Positions 29,696 to 39,457 of a stretch of DNA of 64,000 nucleotides are shown piece by piece. The DNA comes from an uncultured Gammaproteobacteria bacterium (lineage in GTDB: Bacteria > Pseudomonadota > Gammaproteobacteria > UBA9214), in NCBI GenBank assembly GCA_963748215.1, contig CAVVHS010000007.1, positions 288,001 to 352,000 of the forward strand, written 5' to 3'. Both the position numbers and the translations under genes were made by a program. The notes below the pieces were generated by a model. It worked only from the letters and a program-made list of their open reading frames with translations. It had not been told where the DNA came from and did no database searches. Every line of letters begins with the position of its first letter. Within the stretch, counting starts at the first letter, position 1.

Positions 29696-30238
29696 ATGCG
29701 CCAGCAAATCCTCGACGAACTCACGCGCTTCATGCGCGAAATGGAAGATGACCTGTCCTGCTGCTACCGGGACGAAATCGACAAGCAGCGCATGACGACG
29801 CGGATCATTCGCGGCACGCTGGCGCTGATGCTTGCGGTGCTGATCGCGAACAGCTACTACCTGTACCAGCTGTCGGCCGGCCTGCACGAGAGCCTGGTGA
29901 TGGTGGACGTGATGGCGCACCGCTTCGGCCAGGTCACCGACAGCCTGAGCCGGGTGACAGGCTCGATGACGCATATCGGCGCCCGCCTGCAGACACTGGA
30001 CGGTATCGACGCCGACATGGCCGGGGTGACCGGCGAGGTGGTTCGTATCAGCGACGCGCTGGGTGGCATCTCCGCGACGGTCACGCAATTAAGCGACGAG
30101 CTGCTGCGCGTCAACCAGTCCATGGGCGTCATCGACGGCCAGGTGTTTCACATGACCGGCAACGTGCAGCAGATCGGCGGCGGCATGCAGAAGATTTCCG
30201 GGCCCATGAACTTCATGAACAAGATGACGCCCTGGTAG
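29696..30238 (+). CDS. Single-TM Met-rich coiled-coil protein (paralogue-like)
   Basis: Same architecture, ending PMNFMNKMTPW. Confidence 0.75.
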   Translation: MRQQILDELTRFMREMEDDLSCCYRDEIDKQRMTTRIIRGTLALMLAVLIANSYYLYQLSAGLHESLVMVDVMAHRFGQVTDSLSRVTGSMTHIGARLQTLDGIDADMAGVTGEVVRISDALGGISATVTQLSDELLRVNQSMGVIDGQVFHMTGNVQQIGGGMQKISGPMNFMNKMTPW

Positions 30239-30265
30239 TCGCCGGGCATCGCATCCATGCCTGGC

Positions 30266-31456
30266 TCAGGGCGCCAGTGGCCGCAGGCGGAACAGGCCCT
30301 GCAGTTCAGCGTCGCTGGTGAAGTACAGCGCCCCGTCCGGACCAAATGCCACGCCCACCGGTCGCGCCAGCCGCGTACCGTCCGCACGCTGAAAGCCGGT
30401 CACGAAATCCACCACGTCCCGTGCCTTGCCGGCCTCGAAACGTACCATCAGCAATTGCGGCGCACGCCGTGTGGCCTTGCTGCCATAGGCGCCGCCGGTG
30501 GGACGGGTGCCCCACGAGCCGCGCAGGGCGACGATGGCGTTGCCGGCGAATTTCCCGCCGAGTGCGGCATCCGTCGCGAAGGCCACGCCCATGGGAGCGT
30601 TGCGGGCGGGGAAGGTGGCGACGGGCAGGCTGACCTCGGCGGCCGGGCGCGGCGGTGTCCGCTCGATACAGCGGTCGCGCCGCAGGGTGTTGCCGTCGTA
30701 CTGAAACCACGGCATACCGTGGAACGAGCCGTCCGTCAGTCGGGCGAAATATTCCGGCGGCTGTTCGAAGCCGAGGTGGTCCGGCCCGTTGTTGGAGGCA
30801 TACAGCACGCCGGTGTCCGGGTGCCAGTCGAAGCCGACCGGGTTGCGCAGGCCGGAGGCAAACGGTTTCCAGGCGGGGAGTCTGCCACTTTCGTCCAGCA
30901 CCAGTACACCACCACGACGGTCAGCGACGGGATAGCTGTCGTCGAGGTACTGGTCGGAGCAGTTGCCGGCAATCCCCAGCGACAGGTACACACGGCCGTC
31001 CGGTCCGATGGCGACCGTACGGCTGGTGTGGCCGCCGCCACCGGGCAGGGCGGCGAGGCGCTGCACCGCATCCCGTGCGATGCGCGCCTGGCCAGGGGCG
31101 TAGGGCGCGCGGTACAGGCCGTCAGTCTGCGCGATGAGTAACTCGCCGTCGCGCCAGGCGACGCTGTGCGGGTAATCCGCGAGCCTGAGCAGCACCTCGG
31201 GTTGCCGGTAGGGTGGCGTCAGCCGGTAAATATTCCCGTCGCGCGAGCCGGCCAGCAGGTCGCCGTTGGGAAGGAAGGTCAGCATGCGCGGCGCGTCGAG
31301 GGCGTCGGTCAGCAACTCCAGCGTCAGGCCGGCCGGCACCTGCAGGCTCCAGTCCTGCCCGTCGACGCGAAGCACCTGATTGCGCCAGGCGGGAACGTCG
31401 GCCGCGATGGCGATCCCGCAATACAGCATACCCGTCAGCAGCAGAATCCGTCGCAT
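30266..31456 (-). CDS. Glucose/sorbosone dehydrogenase-family beta-propeller
   Basis: Signal peptide; GHTSRTVAIGPDGRVY, GLRNPVG, RPVGVAFGPDGALYFTSD. Confidence 0.9.
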   Translation of the reverse strand: MRRILLLTGMLYCGIAIAADVPAWRNQVLRVDGQDWSLQVPAGLTLELLTDALDAPRMLTFLPNGDLLAGSRDGNIYRLTPPYRQPEVLLRLADYPHSVAWRDGELLIAQTDGLYRAPYAPGQARIARDAVQRLAALPGGGGHTSRTVAIGPDGRVYLSLGIAGNCSDQYLDDSYPVADRRGGVLVLDESGRLPAWKPFASGLRNPVGFDWHPDTGVLYASNNGPDHLGFEQPPEYFARLTDGSFHGMPWFQYDGNTLRRDRCIERTPPRPAAEVSLPVATFPARNAPMGVAFATDAALGGKFAGNAIVALRGSWGTRPTGGAYGSKATRRAPQLLMVRFEAGKARDVVDFVTGFQRADGTRLARPVGVAFGPDGALYFTSDAELQGLFRLRPLAP

Positions 31457-31545
31457 GCCGCCAAGGATAGCTGGCCTGGCGAGATTTTTACAGAACGTTG
31501 ATGGCCCGCTATCATACGCGCGCCGATCCACGACCGGACACATGC

Positions 31546-32343
31546 ATGCACAATTACCCGCTCGCCGCCCTGCAGGACATCATCATCCCGGCCGCCCGCG
31601 AGGAACTGTTGCCGCGTTTTGCCGCGGTCGCGCGCAAACACAAGGCCGATGGCAGCGTACTGACCGAGGCCGATCTTGCGATGCAGGCACGGGTGTCCGC
31701 CCGGCTGCTGGCACGCTGGCCGGACACGCTGTTTCTCGGCGAGGAAATGGCGATGGCCGAACAGCAGGCGCTGATCGCCTCGCACCAGCCGCTGTGGTGC
31801 CTGGACCCGCTCGACGGTACCAGCAACTTCGCCACCGGTATTCCCTATTTCTGTGTCTCGCTGGCCCTGTTGCAGGAAGGCCGGGTGCGACTCGGCCTGG
31901 TTTACGATCCGGTGCGCGATGAATGTTTTGCCGCCGACGCGCAACACGGCGCGCTGCTCAACGGCGCCGGGCTGGCCGTGGCCCCCTCCGGGCTGGCTTT
32001 GGAGCGGGCCACGGCGCTGGTGGATTTCAAGCGGCTGGACAAGTCGCTGGCGACGCGACTGGTCACCGACATCCCCTATGCCTCGCAGCGCAGCTTCGGG
32101 TCGGTTGCGCTGGACTGGTGCTGGCTGGCGGCGGGGCGCAGTCACGTCTACCTGCACGGTCGCTCCAATGTCTGGGATTACGCCGCCGGTGAGTTCATCT
32201 TCACGCGCGCCGGCGGCCATGCCTGCACGCTGCAGGGCGAAGCGGTTTTCACCCAGGCGCTCACGCCGCGCTCCTCGGTGGCAGCGGTCGACAAGCCGCT
32301 GTTCGACGCCTGGACGACCTGGCTGAAGGTGCCGCTCGGCTGA
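31546..32343 (+). CDS. Inositol monophosphatase family protein
   Basis: TEAD, GEE, WCLDPLDGTSNF, GSVALD, WDYAAG. Confidence 0.93.
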   Translation: MHNYPLAALQDIIIPAAREELLPRFAAVARKHKADGSVLTEADLAMQARVSARLLARWPDTLFLGEEMAMAEQQALIASHQPLWCLDPLDGTSNFATGIPYFCVSLALLQEGRVRLGLVYDPVRDECFAADAQHGALLNGAGLAVAPSGLALERATALVDFKRLDKSLATRLVTDIPYASQRSFGSVALDWCWLAAGRSHVYLHGRSNVWDYAAGEFIFTRAGGHACTLQGEAVFTQALTPRSSVAAVDKPLFDAWTTWLKVPLG

Positions 32344-32552
32344 GGCCGGCCGGGCCGGGCTTGGTAAGACAAATATAAATAACAATAGGATAAAGAAATA
32401 ACTTCATAGTATTTATAATCCGGGGAAGGCATAGCACCTTTGTCGGATAGACCGCTGCGGGTCTTGTATACGAAAATACTGACGGACCATTGTCAGTTAA
32501 ACGAGCGGAGCCGCCCGCACCCGGGCCGGCGCAGAAGCACAATAACAACAAA

Positions 32553-34307
32553 ATGAATTTCAAAACGGCCCTGCAATCACTCCGGCACTACAAGCTGCCA
32601 AGGACGCGTGTCCTCGAGCAGGAGCTCGACAGCGTCAGGGCGGATTACCAGGCCGTGTCCGCCCAGCTGGAACAGGTACGTGGCGAGTTCGAGCGGGCGC
32701 ATGACGGCGACACGCAGCAGATTGAGCTGCTGCAATCACAGCTTGGCGATATCGAGTACGACCGCAACGCCGCGCGCCAGCAGGTGCAATCACTGGAGCG
32801 TTCGCTGGAAGAGGTGCGCGGGGAATTCGAGCGCGCCCGCAGCAACGACAGCAAGCAGATCGCCGCGCTGCAATCGCAACTGGTGCAGATCGAGTCCGAC
32901 CGCAACAGCGCGCGCCAGCAGGCAGCCTTGCTGGACGGGGCGCTCGCGACGGCCACGCAGCGCCAGGAAACGACCGAGCAGCGCCTGCGCGCGCTGGAGG
33001 CGCAGCTCGAGCAGGCGCGCGACCGCCACACGTCCGAGCTTGCGCTGGCCAGGGAATCCCTGGCCAGCCTGCAATCGGAGCAGCAAACCCTGCTCGCCCT
33101 GCAATCCGACATGACGCATAGTTTCGGCGACGCCAGTGCCGTACTGGTGAAATCGGTCCAGGCCATATCATACCCGTCGCTGTGGCAGCTGGTGCTGGTG
33201 GCCTGCCTGTTGTTTATATCCGGGGCACTGGCAACTGCGCTGATCCTGCACGAGACGCGCCAGCCGCAGCTGGATATATCCGGCATCAGCGAGGGCGTCG
33301 ATGAGCTGCAGCTGATGATGCAGGCACATTTCAGGAGTCACGATGAACTGCTCGAGACGCTGAACCGGCTCGTCAGCGGACTGTCGACCGGTACCGCGGT
33401 GCCGCAGGTCACGCCGGTGCCGGAGGTGCTGGATCCCGACGAACAGGTGCAACTGGATGTAATGCCGGGTGACCAGGTGAGGGTGGTGCAGGAGAATCTG
33501 CAGACCCTGGGTTTCGACATTGGCGCGGCCGGTGTCGATGGTGTTCGAGGTGCGCAGACCGGACGTGCGCTGGCCTGGTTCCGCATCCTGTACCTGCCGG
33601 ACAATCCGGATGCCTCGATTCAGGACATCGAAACCAGCCTGCAACGCCATGCGGACCTGGCGAACGCGGACGCGCAGAAGTACCGGCTCGACAGTGCGGT
33701 GATGGCGGCTATACGGCTCGGCAACCTGCGCACCGGCGTTGAGTTTCCCTATCTTATGGAACTGGCCGCGGTGGAGAGCAGCTTCAACCCGCGCGCGCAA
33801 GCGAATTCCACATCCGCCGCCGGTCTGTACCAGTTCAAGGAGGACACCTGGCTGGAGGCGGTCAAACGGCATGGCAGCAGCTACGGAATTGGCCACTATT
33901 CCAAACAGGTCGAATACATCGTGGATGAAGACGGCAGACGGCAGCCGCAAATCTCCGATCCGGAACTGCACCGGAGGGTGCTCGATCTGCGTTTCAATCC
34001 GGGGCTGTCCGCCCTGCTGGCGGCGGAGAAAGTGCGTGACGGAAAGCGCAGGCTGTCCGGCAAGCTGGAGCGTGAACCCGGCCGCGCCGAACTGTACCTG
34101 ACGCACTTCTTCGGCATGACCGGTGCGCTTTCCTTCCTGGAGGCGCTGGCGAAAAATCCGGACCGCATTGCCGGCGAGATCTTTCCGGGGCCGGCACGCC
34201 GCAACCGCAATATCTTCCAGCGCAGTAACCGCACGCTGCGCACCATCTCCGAGGTCTATCGCGTGCTGGAGCGCAAGTTCAATACCGCACGTTTCGAGGA
34301 CAGCTAG
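32553..34307 (+). CDS. Coiled-coil + TM + peptidoglycan-binding + lytic transglycosylase (SLT-like) protein
   Basis: ~200-aa heptad region; TM; QENLQTLGFDIGAAGVDGVRG; AAVESSFNP.A....SAAGLYQF...TW; LYLTHFFG. Confidence 0.85.
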   Translation: MNFKTALQSLRHYKLPRTRVLEQELDSVRADYQAVSAQLEQVRGEFERAHDGDTQQIELLQSQLGDIEYDRNAARQQVQSLERSLEEVRGEFERARSNDSKQIAALQSQLVQIESDRNSARQQAALLDGALATATQRQETTEQRLRALEAQLEQARDRHTSELALARESLASLQSEQQTLLALQSDMTHSFGDASAVLVKSVQAISYPSLWQLVLVACLLFISGALATALILHETRQPQLDISGISEGVDELQLMMQAHFRSHDELLETLNRLVSGLSTGTAVPQVTPVPEVLDPDEQVQLDVMPGDQVRVVQENLQTLGFDIGAAGVDGVRGAQTGRALAWFRILYLPDNPDASIQDIETSLQRHADLANADAQKYRLDSAVMAAIRLGNLRTGVEFPYLMELAAVESSFNPRAQANSTSAAGLYQFKEDTWLEAVKRHGSSYGIGHYSKQVEYIVDEDGRRQPQISDPELHRRVLDLRFNPGLSALLAAEKVRDGKRRLSGKLEREPGRAELYLTHFFGMTGALSFLEALAKNPDRIAGEIFPGPARRNRNIFQRSNRTLRTISEVYRVLERKFNTARFEDS

Positions 34308-34551
34308 CCCGCATTTCTCACCGGGCGGCTGTTGACCGACATAATGAATTGAAATCATGAAAGTGATGCCAATTCGGTAACAAACCGTGTGACATCGGGC
34401 TGTACCTATCCCGGCCCTGGCTGGTTCTCTCGCACCCGTACTTGCTCTTCATTCAAGTGGTAGCTACGGCTACCACTTTCATTCCAGAGCGGCGTCCGGT
34501 TACGCGAGCCCTGCGCCAGCATCCGGGATCCCGGTGAGAAATGCGGGCTAG
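34304..34551. mobile_element. MITE-like element, copy 1 (248 bp including both CTAG)
   Basis: CTAG-CCCGCATTTCTCACCGGG ... CCCGGTGAGAAATGCGGG-CTAG; perfect 18-bp TIR; no credible ORF. Confidence 0.85.
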
Positions 34552-34840
34552 CCCGGGCAAGGCACGCGTACGGACCATCCCCGTCATTTGCTTGCATGAG
34601 TGCATCGATACGCTGTTGCTGAATATCCCGGGTGCCGTGCCACAGTGCACCGCACGGTTGCCGGGACCATGCCGGCATGCTGGCTTCGTTATCTGGCCGG
34701 GGTTATCCTACCCTGAATTTCCCCGCCGGGTCGGCGGCAGGATCACGATGGAGCCGGGTTCATGGTCAGTATGAGCATCCGTGTCGGGACGATACGTCGC
34801 CGTATTCTGCCTGCGCTGACCGGCAGCAAGGTCTGACCGC

Positions 34841-35590
34841 ATGGCAGGCAGGCAACAGCTGCGTAAACCGGTGATCGACCGCTTCGAAATCCAGCCCGGG
34901 CGGGTGCTGGCACGCAAGTATGAAGTCATCAAGCTGCTCGGACGCGGTTGGGAAGGCGAGGTCTACCTGGTGTGCGAACGACGCACGAATATCGAGCGCG
35001 CCGTCAAGATGTTCTACCCGCAACGCAATCCCGGTGACAAGATCGCGAATTTCTATGCCTGCAAGCTGCACAAGCTGCGCCATTGCCCGATCGCCATCCA
35101 GTATCACACGCACGAGACCATCACCTACCAGCACCATCAGATCACGCTGCTGGTGTCCGATTTCGTGGAAGGGGAACTGCTCTCGGAATTTATCGCGCGC
35201 CAGCCCGGCAAGCGGTTGCCCGCCTACCCGGCGCTGCATCTGCTGCATGCGCTGGCCGCCGGCATCGAGTGTATCCACCAGATGAAGGAATACCACGGCG
35301 ATTTGCACAGCGAGAACATCATGATGCAGCGTTACGGGCTGGGCTTCGACCTGAAGCTGCTGGATTTCTTCCACTGGGGAAAGCCGAAGCCGGAGAATAT
35401 CCGCGACGACGTGGTCGACCTGGTGAAGCTGCTGCACGAGGCGATCGGCGGCCAGCGTCATTACAGCAAGCAACCGCCCGAGCTCAAGGCGATCGTGTGT
35501 GGCCTGAAACGCAGTCTGATCCTGAAGAAATTCCGCACTGCGGGCCAACTGCGAGAATACCTTGAGAGCATGCAGTGGAGCCGGGGCTGA
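34841..35590 (+). CDS. Atypical Ser/Thr protein kinase-like protein
   Basis: LLGRGWEGEVY, AVK, YHGDLHSEN, LLDFF; short C-lobe. Confidence 0.85.
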   Translation: MAGRQQLRKPVIDRFEIQPGRVLARKYEVIKLLGRGWEGEVYLVCERRTNIERAVKMFYPQRNPGDKIANFYACKLHKLRHCPIAIQYHTHETITYQHHQITLLVSDFVEGELLSEFIARQPGKRLPAYPALHLLHALAAGIECIHQMKEYHGDLHSENIMMQRYGLGFDLKLLDFFHWGKPKPENIRDDVVDLVKLLHEAIGGQRHYSKQPPELKAIVCGLKRSLILKKFRTAGQLREYLESMQWSRG

Positions 35591-36384
35591 TGGCACCACG
35601 TTTGCTGCTCGGACAGGACATGGCGGCGCCGCTGATCGTGCCGCTGGCGGATGGCCTGGCCTGTGTTTTTACCGAACGCCGGCCGGGACGCGAGAGCGAC
35701 AACGAGGACGCCGTGGCGCTGATCCCCGGTGATGCCGACAGTGCCGTGGTCGCCGTGGCTGACGGCCTGGGCGGCCTGCCGTCCGGCAACCTGGCCGCAG
35801 CACTCGCCTTGCAGCAACTGAGCGACTGCGTGGCCGGGAAGTCCGGGGATGCCCAGCGCGAGGCAGTGCTGACCGGCATCGAGGCCGCCAACGCCGCCGT
35901 ACTGGCGAACGGGCAGGGCGGCGGGACGACCCTGGCCGTGGTAAGTGTCTACAATGACACGGTGCGCGCCTACCACGCGGGTGATTCCATGATCGTGGTG
36001 TGCGGACAGCGCGGCAAGCTCAAGTACCAATCGGTGCCGCATTCGCCGGTCGGTTACGCCGAGGCGTCCGGGATGATGAACGAGGACGAGGCCATGTTCC
36101 ACGCCGAGCGACACCTGGTGTCCAACATGGTCGGGATGACCGACATGCGCCTCGAGGTCGGTCCGCTGGTGAAGCTGGCCCGCTACGACACCGTGGTGCT
36201 TGGCAGCGACGGTCTGTTCGACAACCTGTACGTCAGCGAGATCATCGACCTGGTGCGTGCCGGGCCACTGGAAAAGGTGGCGCAGCGCCTGCTGGCCACG
36301 TGCCGTGAACGCATGCAGATGGTTGACGACGAACGTCCGCACAAGCCGGACGACCTGGCCTTCGTCCTGTTCCGCCGCAGCTAG
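35590..36384 (+). CDS. PP2C/PPM-family Ser/Thr phosphatase
   Basis: NEDA, VADGLGG, HAGDS, LGSDGLFD, KPDD; TGATG overlap with the kinase. Confidence 0.92.
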   Translation: MAPRLLLGQDMAAPLIVPLADGLACVFTERRPGRESDNEDAVALIPGDADSAVVAVADGLGGLPSGNLAAALALQQLSDCVAGKSGDAQREAVLTGIEAANAAVLANGQGGGTTLAVVSVYNDTVRAYHAGDSMIVVCGQRGKLKYQSVPHSPVGYAEASGMMNEDEAMFHAERHLVSNMVGMTDMRLEVGPLVKLARYDTVVLGSDGLFDNLYVSEIIDLVRAGPLEKVAQRLLATCRERMQMVDDERPHKPDDLAFVLFRRS

Positions 36385-36629
36385 CCCGCATTTCTCACCG
36401 GGCGGCTGTTATCCGACATCGATGAGCTGAAACCATGAAGCTAATACCCATTCGTCAATAACAGCGTGTCTGTGGCCGGTGCCTATCCCGGCCCTGGCTG
36501 GTTCTCGTACGCCCGTACTTGCGATGTACAGGGAAGTACAGTGGTCGCTCTCGCACATGGCCCAGGCCAGTCTCTCGACCGCTACGCGGTCTCACCTTCT
36601 CCTGGATCCCGGTGAGAAATGCGGGCTAG
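36381..36629. mobile_element. MITE-like element, copy 2 (249 bp including both CTAG)
   Basis: Same TIRs and CTAG flanks; shares cctatcccggccctggctggttctc with copy 1. Confidence 0.85.
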
Positions 36630-37462
36630 GGCAGCAGTTCCAGCGCCTCGCGAATCGTTTCTTTGCGGTCCGAGCCGGTCCGGTATACGGCGAACACCGG
36701 ACGCTCGATCTGCGGCGCGTCCTTGACCCGGTAGAGCCGCCGGCTGCCGTGCGCGGTCGACAGCATTTGTTCGGGCAGGTAAGCGGCACCCTCGCTGTGG
36801 TCGAGGTGGCGCCGCGCCAGAGTCCCCAGGTTCATATGCAGTGCCGGCGCCGGCAGGTCCGGAAACAGCCGCGCATGGTTGCGCGCGAAGGCCGTGCCCC
36901 AGTCGACCAGGATGTAGCCGGAACGGCAGGCCTCGTCCACCTTCAGGCCACGACGCGTGGCCGCCAGCACCAGGTTGATGACGCCCAGCTCGCGGATATC
37001 CAGTTCCGGCGCCTGCGGTGGCTCGAACAGCACGGCGAGGTCGATCACGCTGTCGAGCAGTTTGCGGATCAGCAGGTCCGCTGTACCCGTTTCCACCTGC
37101 AGCGCCGTTTCGGGCATCCGGGTGCGCAGGCGCGGGAGCCAGTCTCCCAGCAGGGTTTGCCACAGGTCCAGCATGGCGCCGATGACCAGGCCGCGGGTGA
37201 ATTCCGCTCCCAGGCCGGTCTCATGGCGCGCGCGGGCCCATACCTGGACGATGGTTTCGGCATGCTTGTGCAGCTGCCGGCCTTCCTGGGTGAGCTGGAT
37301 GTTATTACGGCTGCGAGTGAACAGTGGCATGCCGATGGTCTCTTCCAGCTGCCGAACGCGGGCGCTGACCGCGGATTGTGTAACACACAATTCGCTGGCG
37401 GCCTTGCCGAAGTGGCGATTACGCGCGACTTCCAGAAACGTGCGCAGCAGTTCGATGTCCAT
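36626..37462 (-). CDS. LysR-family regulator (HdfR-like)
   Basis: MDIELLRTFLEVARNRHFGKAASELCVTQSAVSARVRQLE; YILVDWG. Confidence 0.92.
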   Translation of the reverse strand: MDIELLRTFLEVARNRHFGKAASELCVTQSAVSARVRQLEETIGMPLFTRSRNNIQLTQEGRQLHKHAETIVQVWARARHETGLGAEFTRGLVIGAMLDLWQTLLGDWLPRLRTRMPETALQVETGTADLLIRKLLDSVIDLAVLFEPPQAPELDIRELGVINLVLAATRRGLKVDEACRSGYILVDWGTAFARNHARLFPDLPAPALHMNLGTLARRHLDHSEGAAYLPEQMLSTAHGSRRLYRVKDAPQIERPVFAVYRTGSDRKETIREALELLP

Positions 37463-37688
37463 ATTGTGTTATCGATAAACGATATTGATCGTGATGGCAA
37501 CAAATATTCGTTTGCCGCCTGCGTCCATGCACCCTATAAGCCTGTACTTATGATTATCCTGAATCGTACCTGCACCCGGTCCCTGCCGCACCTGCCGGGC
37601 CGTCAGCCGGATGGGCGATGGCCATGCCGTGATCATGGCCGGTGCGTTATACACCCGAAAGCGTCCCGTTTGTCTGGAGAAATACACC

Positions 37689-38009
37689 ATGAAACATGAA
37701 CCTTGCACCACGCGGGTGCTGCGCTGCCTTCTGGCGGCCGTGCTGCTGACCGGCGCTGCCTCGTTGCCGGCCGACCCGGCGGCGGAGTGTCGACAGGAGG
37801 CGCAGGACTATGCCGTTCCTCCGGAACAGGAGGCGGATTACATCGATGGCTGCATACTGTCGCGCGGCGGTTCACTGGCGCCCGCCGCTGCTGAGGAAAA
37901 TGTGCCGGTGGATGAATCCGGAGCCGTTCCGCCGATGGAAACCGATGAGATGATTGACGCAGGGCAGCCGGACGGAGCGCTGCCGGGAGATATCAATGGC
38001 TCGTACTAA
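37689..38009 (+). CDS. Small exported acidic protein
   Basis: GGAG RBS; signal-like segment; Cys pair; acidic tail. Confidence 0.6.
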   Translation: MKHEPCTTRVLRCLLAAVLLTGAASLPADPAAECRQEAQDYAVPPEQEADYIDGCILSRGGSLAPAAAEENVPVDESGAVPPMETDEMIDAGQPDGALPGDINGSY

Positions 38010-38313
38010 ATCAAATGCCCGGGCTGCCGTTGCGCCGGGTCGCAAGAGGTCCGCTGGCAAGGCGCGCGGTGTTGCGAGGACCGCCGACAAGGCGCGCAAG
38101 AATACCGACCAGAATGCCGCACAGGCCGACTGGGAAGATGTCGTGGAGGAGCTGGACGTGATTCCGGATATCGACGGCCTGCTCGACAAGCCCGCGGCCA
38201 ATCGCAGCAGTGAAAACGAAGCACGCCGGCGCATCGAGCGGCTGCGCGAGGAGCGCCTGTTACAGCAGGCACTCTGCGAAGTGTTCGATTTCCAGGACGA
38301 TCGCGCTTCCTGA
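37996..38313 (+). CDS. Small hypothetical protein (PA3496/DUF3545-like C-terminus)
   Basis: Basic N-terminus, acidic middle, ARRRIERLREERLLQQAL.EVFD. Confidence 0.6.
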   Translation: MARTKSNARAAVAPGRKRSAGKARGVARTADKARKNTDQNAAQADWEDVVEELDVIPDIDGLLDKPAANRSSENEARRRIERLREERLLQQALCEVFDFQDDRAS

Positions 38314-38447
38314 TATTCCACCGGGCAGGGTGCGATGCAGCGCCCGGATCGCCGCCCGGCCGCGGGACAAGCCCGGCAGCAACAACTTTCCATCCGGGTT
38401 ATGGTCAAACCCTAACCGAATCCATTGCCCCGGTAGGAGCGAAGTCC

Positions 38448-39194
38448 ATGAAGGATGCAAGCCATTACGGCATGCTGCTGGCCTGCGGGGTATTGATGCT
38501 GCTGACGGCCGGCCGGCTCTGTGCCGGGTCCGATGACGGCAGCTACCGTGAAACCCGCGACGCCTGGCAGGCGGAACAGGCGGCCAAAACGGCGCAGGCG
38601 CCATACTCGGAAAGCGAGCGACAGGTCATGCAGCGGGCTGCGCAGGATCTGGCCCGCTCGTTGCCCGATCCCGGTATCAAGCCGGGCGAGCAGGCCCCCG
38701 ATTTCACACTCGGCAATGCCTACGGCAAGCCGGTGCGGCTGGCGGACCGGTTGCGGGAAGGGCCGGTGGTGCTGGTGTTCTACCGCGGTGCCTGGTGTCC
38801 GTTCTGCAACCTGTATCTGCGCACGTTGTACGAGCAGCTTACCGCCATCGAGGCGCATGGCGCGCAGCTGCTGCTGGTGACGCCGCAGCTACCGGACAGG
38901 TCCAGGAAACAAATGGAGGAAGGCCGCTACCGCTTTGAAGTGCTGAGCGACCTGGACGGCGCGGTGATGAAGGCCTACCGGCTGTACTTCGAGCTGGACC
39001 CGGAACTCGTCCGGATCTACGCCGCTCACGGCCTGGTGGTGGAGGACTTCAACGGTCCGGGGCGCAATGTCCTGCCGGTTCCCGGTACGTTTGTCATCGA
39101 TCGCGACGGGATCGTGCGTGCCATGCACGCGGATACCGACTACAAGGAGCGCATGGAACCGGCGGATATCCTCCGCGCGCTGGATGCCCTGTAA
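38448..39194 (+). CDS. Peroxiredoxin-like AhpC/TSA family protein
   Basis: APDFTL, GPVVLVFYRGAWCPFCNL, LPVPGTFVIDRDG. Confidence 0.92.
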   Translation: MKDASHYGMLLACGVLMLLTAGRLCAGSDDGSYRETRDAWQAEQAAKTAQAPYSESERQVMQRAAQDLARSLPDPGIKPGEQAPDFTLGNAYGKPVRLADRLREGPVVLVFYRGAWCPFCNLYLRTLYEQLTAIEAHGAQLLLVTPQLPDRSRKQMEEGRYRFEVLSDLDGAVMKAYRLYFELDPELVRIYAAHGLVVEDFNGPGRNVLPVPGTFVIDRDGIVRAMHADTDYKERMEPADILRALDAL

Positions 39195-39197
39195 GGT

Positions 39198-39422
39198 TCA
39201 GTCGAGGTCGGGGCCGAGGATGAAATCCACGCTGCTGAAGCCGTTGTCCTCGAGCAGCGCCTCGATGTCGGCCCAGTCGTAGTCCGGATCGTTTTCCTCG
39301 ACGGTGGCGATCAGGGCGGTGACGTGGCGATACGCCTCGTGCGACTCGAAATCGGCGGGTACGCGCACCAGCCGGATATTTTTCGGGTCGCGGGCGGACA
39401 GGATCATCAACGAGTCATTCAT
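39198..39422 (-). CDS. Small acidic hypothetical protein
   Basis: 74 aa, GC3-biased codons, directly downstream of gltA. Confidence 0.65.
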   Translation of the reverse strand: MNDSLMILSARDPKNIRLVRVPADFESHEAYRHVTALIATVEENDPDYDWADIEALLEDNGFSSVDFILGPDLD

Positions 39423-39457
39423 GGTATTTCCCCGGGAACGGTGACACGGCATCCGAC

